DNA from: an uncultured virus (IMG/VR IMGVR_UViG_3300027732_001162)
Lineage: Duplodnaviria > Heunggongvirae > Uroviricota > Caudoviricetes
DNA: 64,000 nucleotides
Virus record (IMG/VR): IMGVR_UViG_3300027732_001162
Reading direction: 5' to 3' (one strand)
The notes below the pieces were generated by a model that was not told the DNA's origin, did no database searches, and saw only the letters and a list, made by a program, of their open reading frames with translations. This document shows, one piece after another, positions 1 through 7,463 of this stretch. The position numbers and the translations under genes were made by a program. Numbering within the stretch: position 1 is the first letter of the stretch; the number at the start of each line of letters is the position of its first letter.

Positions 1-166
1 CAAAATTAAGAAAAGCACCAGGAGTAGTGGCTGTAGGAATATCCTCAGGGCCAGAGATAATTTGAACATTGTGTCCTGCCTTTTTAAGTAAAGCAGGTAC
101 ATGAGTCTTCCACTGACCCGTGTACCTAGTCTCAACTGATTCCAAGTCAACTAAGAAGATTGTCAT
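1..166 (-). CDS. Partial (N-terminal) putative glycosyltransferase, runs off the window
   Basis: Manual translation from ATG at 166: MTIFLVDLESVETRYTGQWKTHVPALLKKAGHNVQIISGP...; the first strand plus the GHNVQII pattern resemble a GT-B glycosyltransferase N-terminus. Abuts the stop of the upstream gene. Confidence 0.55.
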   Translation of the reverse strand, partial: MTIFLVDLESVETRYTGQWKTHVPALLKKAGHNVQIISGPEDIPTATTPGAFLNF

Positions 167-436
167 TTAGTTGTTAAAACGTGGCTTGTTGAACGTATTT
201 TGTGGACGAGGGTTTTTGCCCAAGTACGGTTTACGTTCGCCAGTCCATGCCTTCTTAGGACGACGGCTGTTTTCAAAAGAGCGCCACACATGGCTTTCTC
301 TATTATACAAGTCTGCTTCGTTGTACGCAAGCAACTCGATTCTACAAAAATCCAACAATGCTTCAAGATCACCGAAGATCTTAACAATGTCAGGGCGGGT
401 TTCGAAATAATTAATTTCTTTGTAGTTTTTAGCCAT
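167..436 (-). CDS. Hypothetical protein, basic C-terminus
   Basis: 89-aa ORF tiling the operon, with an AAGG SD-like sequence upstream. Confidence 0.7.
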   Translation of the reverse strand: MAKNYKEINYFETRPDIVKIFGDLEALLDFCRIELLAYNEADLYNRESHVWRSFENSRRPKKAWTGERKPYLGKNPRPQNTFNKPRFNN

Positions 437-448
437 AAAGCCTTCTTA

Positions 449-844
449 TTAGTATTTGATAAAAGAACCATTTTCTCCGTCTTCGGAGACTTCAATCCAG
501 ACCTCACGGCCTGGATACTTATTGGAAATCATGCCATAAAGTTCGTCTGACATCATTTCGCAACTCTTATGATCTAGCGACAAAATATTTTGTGTGCTAG
601 AATACAGTTGTTCAAGCCATCGCTTGAATTGAATGAATTCCACATCTCTGTCATTGTGGGTGACACTAAGCCATACCCTGAAATGAAAAATATGGCGATG
701 AGGATTAGCCAAAAACGATACATCATATTGATCTCCTGTTGCTAGGTTAGGATCTGTGGCCGCGGCCGGGTAACAATGAATACCTTCTTTACGAAAGGTA
801 ACCCAGATCATTTTGTTAGGGCGGATGTCTTGTTTAATAATCAT
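449..844 (-). CDS. QueD-paralogue T-fold protein (DpdL-like)
   Basis: EGIHCYP...FLANPHRHIFHF (LxxxHRHxF in place of the QueD CxxxHGH), plus SCEMM and C-terminal EVSEDGENGS typical of the PTPS/QueD fold. Confidence 0.7.
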   Translation of the reverse strand: MIIKQDIRPNKMIWVTFRKEGIHCYPAAATDPNLATGDQYDVSFLANPHRHIFHFRVWLSVTHNDRDVEFIQFKRWLEQLYSSTQNILSLDHKSCEMMSDELYGMISNKYPGREVWIEVSEDGENGSFIKY

Positions 845-1356
845 GTTGTTTCAAATAGTAAGTTAAAATATGAATCTGCTCTATACATTTTTTTAGAAAC
901 TGTATTAGAACAAACACCCCAAGTTTTAATAATTTTATCTCTTAAAAAGGAATATGAATTTGCTTCCGAAGGAATATTAAGCGGGCATTCTCCGCTATTA
1001 CATGCAGAATATGGATAATCCAACTCTACTTTCTTAACATGCAATTTATAATTCTCAATTATCTTAGATAACTCTAGTAGTATAGCATCTTCTGGCATTT
1101 TAAAAAGTTCAGTTTGCCCACTTATTTTATTAATATGTGTACCGGAATACACATAAAAATCACGTTTAAAAGTCTCTTCAAGGAAGTTTATGTGTACTGG
1201 ATCTCCTAAAAAAACATGATTGAGATAAAACTTTTCAGAACAATTTTTTTGTCGACTGCGTACTGCCGAATACGGAGTCATTGCCTTACCAAGTTTTTTC
1301 CAATCAGGATTTCCTGATAGATCATTGTGCAAATACAGTATGAAACTTTTACTCAT
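841..1356 (-). CDS. Putative GIY-YIG/T5orf172-like protein
   Basis: Likely start at ATG 1356, overlapping the upstream TGA. ILYL...WKKLGKAMTP...RSRQ pattern; visibly AT-rich. Confidence 0.4.
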   Translation of the reverse strand: MSKSFILYLHNDLSGNPDWKKLGKAMTPYSAVRSRQKNCSEKFYLNHVFLGDPVHINFLEETFKRDFYVYSGTHINKISGQTELFKMPEDAILLELSKIIENYKLHVKKVELDYPYSACNSGECPLNIPSEANSYSFLRDKIIKTWGVCSNTVSKKMYRADSYFNLLFETT

Positions 1357-1868
1357 AATGTTGTATCTTGAGTGTACTGATCCCAATGAGTATACTTGTC
1401 TTTACTCATCAAGCTCTGTAAGTGATGTGTCCACACGCCTGGATTTGTAGCACCCCAAGTTCGGTCGTCCAGTTTAAGTGTGGCATTGTAATTGAGTTGA
1501 TTAATGTAAGGTAATTTGACACTAATCATAGGGACAAAGCGAGGATATTCGTTATATGCGGATTCCAATACACCTTCGATGTGTTCAACACCAAAGTCTA
1601 GTGATACCCAGTAGTCTGCTTTTAGACAGCCCATAATAACGTCATCCCACGCTTTATATTCTTCGTGGCTGATTGCCGTTGGATTAAAACTTTGGCTTGT
1701 ACCAAAGTAGATATGTTTTACATCAGCGTCTTTTGCTTTTGTAAGAATTTCTTCAATAGGTGGTGTACCTACAACAAACAATGTGAACATACCATGACAA
1801 ATAGTATGCTCGACCTCATAACCTGTAAAGTAAACGACGCCTTGTCGTTGTTCAGTGTTTAGTCCCAT
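1353..1868 (-). CDS. Hypothetical protein within the modification cluster
   Basis: 171-aa ORF coupled to both neighbours; motifs FTGYEVEHT and HIYFG, function not recognised. Confidence 0.75.
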   Translation of the reverse strand: MGLNTEQRQGVVYFTGYEVEHTICHGMFTLFVVGTPPIEEILTKAKDADVKHIYFGTSQSFNPTAISHEEYKAWDDVIMGCLKADYWVSLDFGVEHIEGVLESAYNEYPRFVPMISVKLPYINQLNYNATLKLDDRTWGATNPGVWTHHLQSLMSKDKYTHWDQYTQDTTL

Positions 1869-2758
1869 TTGATATAACCTCTGCTGTAATCGCTTGGACG
1901 ATCCCTACCATCCGCAAACGCTTGTTGCCATTCAGTGTTACGATTATAACACCGAGTCCAAAAACTATCAACCTCGAGATAACCGTTTTCAATCATCCAT
2001 ACTGCATCTTTCATACATTGGAAAAAGCCATCAGTACGTGGGCTTGGCCGAACTGTAGTACAGGCTTTCCAAAGTTGTGCCTGTGCTTCTTCTCTGCTTA
2101 CTGCTTTACCAATACCGTCGATAATAAGAGCATTGTTATTTAGGTTAATATCTATACCTAAAGAATATTTTCCACCCAAGTCAATAACTACGTCATAACT
2201 TTCGCTGGTACCAACCAATAGTTTATCACTCCACAGTTCAATATTGCTAGAACCTAGTACGTCAATTTGTTTTATCTTAGTACCAGTACTATAGGTATTC
2301 AATCTGTGAAAAGCCACCCAAGCAAGGAAACCACTGCCCAAAATCAATACTTTACCCTGCGACCGTTGTTTGATTTCGTGCCACGCTTGCTCTACCACAT
2401 TGATACCACATGCTACCGGTTCGATAATATAACGTGGATCAGCTTCTGGTACTACTACAAACTCTTTATCACGAACATTATAATAATCCGCATACGCAGG
2501 TTCACCACGTGTGGCAACATAGTCGCCTTCTTTAACACCGGTAACTAATGAACCAACTCGTGTAACTTGTCCTAATCCTTCATGCCCTTGCATACTGAGT
2601 GGCAATGGTCCAAAGTCGCCCATCATCATATCAATGTCACTGCGACATACACCAGTCATTACAGCTCTTACTTCAATTTGATCTGAAGCGGGTGCTGGTT
2701 TGTCGTACTCTACTTCTTCAAAGTAGCCTTGCCCTGTTGTTTGTAAACAGCGTGTCAT
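1859..2758 (-). CDS. Zn-dependent (MDR) alcohol/sugar dehydrogenase-like protein
   Basis: GVCRSD and GHEGLG catalytic Zn ligands, EPVAC, Rossmann-like ILGSGFLA; lacks the 4-Cys structural Zn loop. Confidence 0.85.
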   Translation of the reverse strand: MTRCLQTTGQGYFEEVEYDKPAPASDQIEVRAVMTGVCRSDIDMMMGDFGPLPLSMQGHEGLGQVTRVGSLVTGVKEGDYVATRGEPAYADYYNVRDKEFVVVPEADPRYIIEPVACGINVVEQAWHEIKQRSQGKVLILGSGFLAWVAFHRLNTYSTGTKIKQIDVLGSSNIELWSDKLLVGTSESYDVVIDLGGKYSLGIDINLNNNALIIDGIGKAVSREEAQAQLWKACTTVRPSPRTDGFFQCMKDAVWMIENGYLEVDSFWTRCYNRNTEWQQAFADGRDRPSDYSRGYIKWD

Positions 2759-3639
2759 AGTTTTTCTATTCTCTCATGGATCCAAGTATCAACGGCATAT
2801 TGCTGTAACCAGAAATCGGAATTGTCCATATTAGCAACAGCATCCACGATCATATTATGGTATGCCTCTTCCGGGCACCATCCCAATTCAAATCGTTCTA
2901 TCTTATTATCTGGCATGACAAACACAATGGAACTGTCTTCTTCGTCCTGACTACGCCAATTGGCCGCTAACCGCCATTTGTTACCAAAGTTAATCACGCA
3001 CATGTCATCAACGTTGTATGTACCAGTGGGATTGACAGTGCCGTACTCAGTGCTTTCGATATCCGTTAATTCCCAACATTGCATGGCAGTTTGCCCAGAT
3101 ACCGTTTCATGTTTCCAATCAGAATTCATAGCCACATACAAACTCAACAAGTGTGGCATTAGGTCTCTACTAACTCCGCCAAACGCCAACTTCTTAGTTG
3201 TAAACCAACTACCGGGACTGGGAATACAATTCTTTCTAATCCAACGTATTTTTACAGTCTTAGCTTGGCTGGCTAGAGTTTTTAATTCTTCTATGTTACT
3301 ACGCCACATATTGTTTTTAACCATTATGAAACGTGTTTGTTTAAATTCAGTTACAAGTTTAGTCCAAGTATCGCTAGTGGCAACTCCTGGTTTTTCAATA
3401 AACACAATTTTACTATGTGGAGCAACTCTGGCCGCAATTTCAAAGTGTGTAAAATTAGGAGTACAGATATGAGCAGTATCAAATAAGCCGTGTACTAGTA
3501 ATGCTTTATCAACAGAATCAAAGTCTGCTTTTTTACTAATATCTTGGTCAACAGTAACAACAGTGTGTCCAAGTTTTGTCAGTACATCTTTGTACAAGTT
3601 ACCAATACCCATGCCAATTACTAGACTACGCTTGCTCAT
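2755..3639 (-). CDS. Gfo/Idh/MocA-family oxidoreductase
   Basis: VIGMGIG, ICTPNFTH, FIEKP and GGVSRDLMPHLL motifs. Confidence 0.85.
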   Translation of the reverse strand: MSKRSLVIGMGIGNLYKDVLTKLGHTVVTVDQDISKKADFDSVDKALLVHGLFDTAHICTPNFTHFEIAARVAPHSKIVFIEKPGVATSDTWTKLVTEFKQTRFIMVKNNMWRSNIEELKTLASQAKTVKIRWIRKNCIPSPGSWFTTKKLAFGGVSRDLMPHLLSLYVAMNSDWKHETVSGQTAMQCWELTDIESTEYGTVNPTGTYNVDDMCVINFGNKWRLAANWRSQDEEDSSIVFVMPDNKIERFELGWCPEEAYHNMIVDAVANMDNSDFWLQQYAVDTWIHERIEKL

Positions 3640-3871
3640 TTTTCTTTTCCTCGTAGGATTTAAACAAACGGGTTACAGCTTCCATCTGTTCTTGGAATAT
3701 GTCTGGAGCACCTTCAGCCGCACGTTTCATATCCCAGTCGCTGGGATAATGACGTAAACAACTTCTTGCTTGATCTTTAATTGCTTTTGGAACTCGAGGA
3801 GTAGTTAAGATCTGTAATAAAAATCGTTGAGTCTGTACTACTGCTCGATATCGTTCGTCAGGTAATGTCAT
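3626..3871 (-). CDS. Small conserved protein (BPSL0761-like)
   Basis: MTLPDERYRAV...PRVPKAIKDQARSCLRHYP pattern; likely start 3871. Confidence 0.6.
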   Translation of the reverse strand: MTLPDERYRAVVQTQRFLLQILTTPRVPKAIKDQARSCLRHYPSDWDMKRAAEGAPDIFQEQMEAVTRLFKSYEEKKNEQA

Positions 3872-5555
3872 GATGTAATTGTGCTTCCAAGTCATCTAAT
3901 TTATCAGTGTCAAAATCTACTTCTTCTTCTAATTGTACACTATCTTCCTCTACTTCGTCAAAGAGAGTGGAAAACATAGTACTAGCGTTAACTGTTTTCT
4001 TACCAATGGCACCACGTGTGCCGGGAATAGCCATCCAAAATTTACTATATGCTTCGATAATCCCTTCAGCAATAGCTCTGTCGTCTGTACTAAAGATAGC
4101 ATCGACAACATCTTTAAAGTATGTACGATTGAATCTTTCATCTACCAGCATACTTGGGCATAGTCCAGCATCATATTGGCGATTAGCTTCTTGTACGCTG
4201 TTCAAATGTAACCAAACATTATGACCCATCATAATTGCGTAAGTAAAACTATCCCAGCTGGTCTTTCCTATCTTACCAATTTTGTTAACGTCATTTGGAC
4301 CGTAGATACAAATGTCTTTAACCTCTACCCCGTCCATCATTGGACTTGTAGTAAAACTGATAAAGTGTTTATCCTGAACAACTACATCTTGGAAGAGTCG
4401 TGTATCTTGGCTGTACTTTTTGTCATCAAGAGACGGCAACATTCGGTAGAGCCATTTTTCTCTGTCTTTGATTTCTGTTTGGACATAGATTTGACCGTTT
4501 GCTGTGGCAAGGAACGGTGAGGCGCAGTCAAAAGAGATGGTAAAGTTTTCATTATGATATTTCCTTATAGCTCGTTGTATGTCAGTTAATAACAATGCCC
4601 ACTCTAACTTAGAGGTGCCTAGGAAGTGCATCCAGTCTTGATGACCCTTTTCAAGGAGTCCATCGAACTTCAATGCCACTAATCTTCTTAAAACTAAATC
4701 CACATCACACATGTTTTGGCCACCCATGGCCCAACCATTGAACGGACGTTCATATTTTGTTGGATCGGAAAAGTCTTTCATTTGCTGATACCAATCTTCT
4801 GCCTGTGCGTGATTCTCGCCCTGTAATACATTTAAAAACTTACAAGCACCTGTACGATGTTTAATAAAGTACTCGTTATTGTATTTGGTTGCACTAACAG
4901 CTTGGTCGTAACTGGCAACTCCACTATTCTTAGCACCAACCGGACTGCGACCGACCCATGCTGGAATGTCAAGCACCATGCCATAGTCCATGAGAGCATC
5001 CATCCAAGTTAATACTTGTTCACGTTTCTTTTGTGCCGCATCCAGTTTGGCTTGATACACTTTAACATGATCAACTTTAGTATACTTGGGATTGCCATTT
5101 TTATCTGTTTTAGGATGACCAGTTGGATGCATTTGTGGCACTAGTTCAATGCCTTTTGCAACTGCTTCGGCCATACGTTGTGCAACTACTGGCCCAGTTG
5201 GATCATTCCATTCGCCTTCCCACACACCTTTACCAATCTGAAAACCTCCAGAGTCGCCTAGCACCCAACTGGTGCTACGGTCTCTATTACGAAACATATC
5301 TTCACTCGGGTCTGGTTTAGTCAAGTCCAAGTTAGCATGTCCAGCTGAATACAAACAATGGTCAAAGTAAAATGCCGCATTGGGATTCAAATAGTTCATA
5401 GCTTCAACGCCCATAGGGCCAAAGCTCGCAGGAATACGAGCAGGATCCACATAGTTGCTGTAACGCTGTTTACCTATGTACGTGCTGTAAAAACCACTTG
5501 TTGCTGGCAAGAAGTATGCGTAATCGCTCTGATGTGCTGTTAGGTTCTTATTCAA
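3858..5555 (-). CDS. Divergent tRNA/DNA-guanine transglycosylase-fold protein (DpdA-like)
   Basis: GDSGGFQ, VLDIP, VLQG, WAMGG, HFLG, SFDCASP and MGHN match the order of TGT barrel motifs; no CxCxxC Zn site. Confidence 0.75.
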   Translation of the reverse strand: MNKNLTAHQSDYAYFLPATSGFYSTYIGKQRYSNYVDPARIPASFGPMGVEAMNYLNPNAAFYFDHCLYSAGHANLDLTKPDPSEDMFRNRDRSTSWVLGDSGGFQIGKGVWEGEWNDPTGPVVAQRMAEAVAKGIELVPQMHPTGHPKTDKNGNPKYTKVDHVKVYQAKLDAAQKKREQVLTWMDALMDYGMVLDIPAWVGRSPVGAKNSGVASYDQAVSATKYNNEYFIKHRTGACKFLNVLQGENHAQAEDWYQQMKDFSDPTKYERPFNGWAMGGQNMCDVDLVLRRLVALKFDGLLEKGHQDWMHFLGTSKLEWALLLTDIQRAIRKYHNENFTISFDCASPFLATANGQIYVQTEIKDREKWLYRMLPSLDDKKYSQDTRLFQDVVVQDKHFISFTTSPMMDGVEVKDICIYGPNDVNKIGKIGKTSWDSFTYAIMMGHNVWLHLNSVQEANRQYDAGLCPSMLVDERFNRTYFKDVVDAIFSTDDRAIAEGIIEAYSKFWMAIPGTRGAIGKKTVNASTMFSTLFDEVEEDSVQLEEEVDFDTDKLDDLEAQLHHDIT

Positions 5556-5751
5556 TTTTGCCCCACTTTATTTTTAACCAAATTCTTTCATGAATATAAT
5601 AGTCTACACTTAAAAGAACATGTAATGCTGTGGCAAATCCTGTAGCACTAGTAATATCTTCTGTGAACAAATATGTCCAGACGATAGTGAACAACCATGC
5701 CGTTAACCGGTATGTAAGCATTCTCACCACTGTTCTTTTTTTAGTTTCCAT
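5548..5751 (-). CDS. DUF2061-like small membrane protein
   Basis: METKKRTVVRMLTYRL...YYIHERIWLKIKWG; two hydrophobic segments. Confidence 0.7.
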   Translation of the reverse strand: METKKRTVVRMLTYRLTAWLFTIVWTYLFTEDITSATGFATALHVLLSVDYYIHERIWLKIKWGKIE

Positions 5752-5752
5752 T

Positions 5753-5917
5753 CTATTTCCGTGATCGTACTTCATGCACGATCTGACCTATCTCATTTTT
5801 TGAACGAACTCGTTCTCTATCTAAATACTCTACACGAGTAGAAAGACGAATAACTTGTTCCTTCAAGAACTGTATCTGTCTTTCCAATTCGAGTATTTTT
5901 GGATCTACTTGGCTCAT
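5753..5917 (-). CDS. Small coiled-coil protein (54 aa, not in the ORF track)
   Basis: Manual translation MSQVDPKILELERQIQFLKEQVIRLSTRVEYLDRERVRSKNEIGQIVHEVRSRK; ATG overlaps the upstream TGA and the ORF fills the gap exactly. Confidence 0.65.
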   Translation of the reverse strand: MSQVDPKILELERQIQFLKEQVIRLSTRVEYLDRERVRSKNEIGQIVHEVRSRK

Positions 5918-6645
5918 TTAGCTTGTGCTGGCAAAATGTAATTGTATTCAGCCAATCCACTGTTTACTGTAATTTGCAATGCACCTGCATCACTGATACG
6001 CATTGTGCAGTCGCCGCTCAAGTTCAAAATGCTTTGTACTTGACTAACTGGCCATGCCCAAGTTTGTTTTAGTTTACCAGTAACTCCTGCTTGGAATACA
6101 AAATTACCAGAGTGTGTTGTTGCATCACCGAAACTAAAAATCAAGTTGTCATCCTTAGTTGTTACTTGGAATGTTGTTTCTTCAGTGTGCGCGGCCGCTT
6201 GATATTTCAACTTTTGAATACTAGCCACAGTGGGTTCGAATTCAATATTCCAACTTGCGCCTTTGAACTTGACAGTTTTCATTTGTTCATTGATAATTTC
6301 AGCATTCATAAAACGATAGTCGTTTTTAAAGTCGCCAAATGCATTTTCAAAATGCAGGCCTGTTGGGATATCTTCGCCGTTGCGTTGTTGTGTAACCACT
6401 TCAATGCTTGCGCCTTCTTTGTATTCGGGACACTTCAAATGCAAATCCAACTTGTTCAAGTTAGGCATACCAAACGTGCCTTCAAAATTACTGACGGGCG
6501 CATTTGTTTTGGCCTGCAAAATAACGCTACGGTCTTCTGCCATGCCTTCGATAACTGTTTCTTGGTCTGTGCTAGAAATTTTAACTAGCGGTAAAAATCC
6601 TAGACTATGCGTGTGTGCTACTAAGTCCTGTAAAATATCTTTCAT
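5914..6645 (-). CDS. Putative DNA sliding clamp (gp45/PCNA-like)
   Basis: 243 aa with an alternating beta pattern and C-terminal EYNYILPA; close to the polymerase, and a clamp loader is present in the window. Confidence 0.6.
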   Translation of the reverse strand: MKDILQDLVAHTHSLGFLPLVKISSTDQETVIEGMAEDRSVILQAKTNAPVSNFEGTFGMPNLNKLDLHLKCPEYKEGASIEVVTQQRNGEDIPTGLHFENAFGDFKNDYRFMNAEIINEQMKTVKFKGASWNIEFEPTVASIQKLKYQAAAHTEETTFQVTTKDDNLIFSFGDATTHSGNFVFQAGVTGKLKQTWAWPVSQVQSILNLSGDCTMRISDAGALQITVNSGLAEYNYILPAQAK

Positions 6646-6663
6646 ATGAATCTCCTTATGTGT

Positions 6664-6692
6664 ATTATATTTAGGTTTTTGTTTAAAGTCAA
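6664..6692 (-). promoter_or_regulatory. sigma70-type promoter TTGACT-N17-TATAAT with overlapping TAAATA
   Basis: Read directly; upstream of the putative clamp gene and its AAGGAG SD. Confidence 0.8.
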
Positions 6693-7462
6693 GAGTTTTT
6701 TCTTACTTTATTGTTGTATTGGATAGATGATTCTACCAATGTTGCTGGCATTCCAATTGTGTTAGACCACTTTAAAAATGCTTCAGTATCTTTGGGAAAA
6801 CATGCACCTCCCCATCCTCGCTGTCCATCTGGCCCTGGAACCAGTGTATGTCCTGCTCCAATGCGTGTATCCTGACCTACAATATGTCTTACAATATCGT
6901 AGTCCATTTTGTTGTTATCACAAATATCAGCTATTTGATTAAAGTAACTGGCCTTGAGAGCAAGAAAACAATTCACAGTATATTTGATCATGCATGCCTC
7001 TTCTTCACTGCATTGAAAAATCATTTTGCAATTAGGCAATGTAGTGGTGAATAATTCGTGCCAAAATCCTTCTGGATCTTCTCCGCCCACAATAATGTAT
7101 TTTTGATTAACAAAATCCGCCTCAGCACTGTTGGCCCGCAAAAATTCTGGACTGTAAACAATGCTGTGATTTTCGTAAACTTCTTTAAAGCCCTGCACGT
7201 TAGGAGGAGTCAATGTGCTTTTAATCATAACAGGCATGAAAAATGGAACATGATCTAACACATTGGCAATGTTGTTCGCATCACAAATTCCATTTTCAGT
7301 AGTTGGAGTAGATACACAAACAATAATGCCATCTGCATCTATATGGTCAGTGATTCGATTACTGTTATATTTTGGATCGATAATGACCAGTTCGTGTTTG
7401 GTTTGCAACGCACTGGCCACTGCCTTTCCAACAAATCCGTATCCTGCAATTATTATTTTCAT
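6689..7462 (-). CDS. UDP-glucose/GDP-mannose dehydrogenase family (lacks C-terminal UDP-binding domain)
   Basis: GYGFVG, VCVSTP, IKST, SPEFLR and catalytic GGACFPKD. Confidence 0.85.
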   Translation of the reverse strand: MKIIIAGYGFVGKAVASALQTKHELVIIDPKYNSNRITDHIDADGIIVCVSTPTTENGICDANNIANVLDHVPFFMPVMIKSTLTPPNVQGFKEVYENHSIVYSPEFLRANSAEADFVNQKYIIVGGEDPEGFWHELFTTTLPNCKMIFQCSEEEACMIKYTVNCFLALKASYFNQIADICDNNKMDYDIVRHIVGQDTRIGAGHTLVPGPDGQRGWGGACFPKDTEAFLKWSNTIGMPATLVESSIQYNNKVRKNS

Positions 7463-7463
7463 A

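Noticed and set aside
163..507. 114-aa minus-strand ORF
   Set aside because: Overlaps both the 89-aa gene and the DpdL-like gene, which tile better and have SD-like sites.
3858..5555. Canonical tRNA-modifying Tgt
   Set aside because: Much longer, lacks the CxCxxC Zn site and sits beside replication genes; DNA-acting role preferred but unproven.
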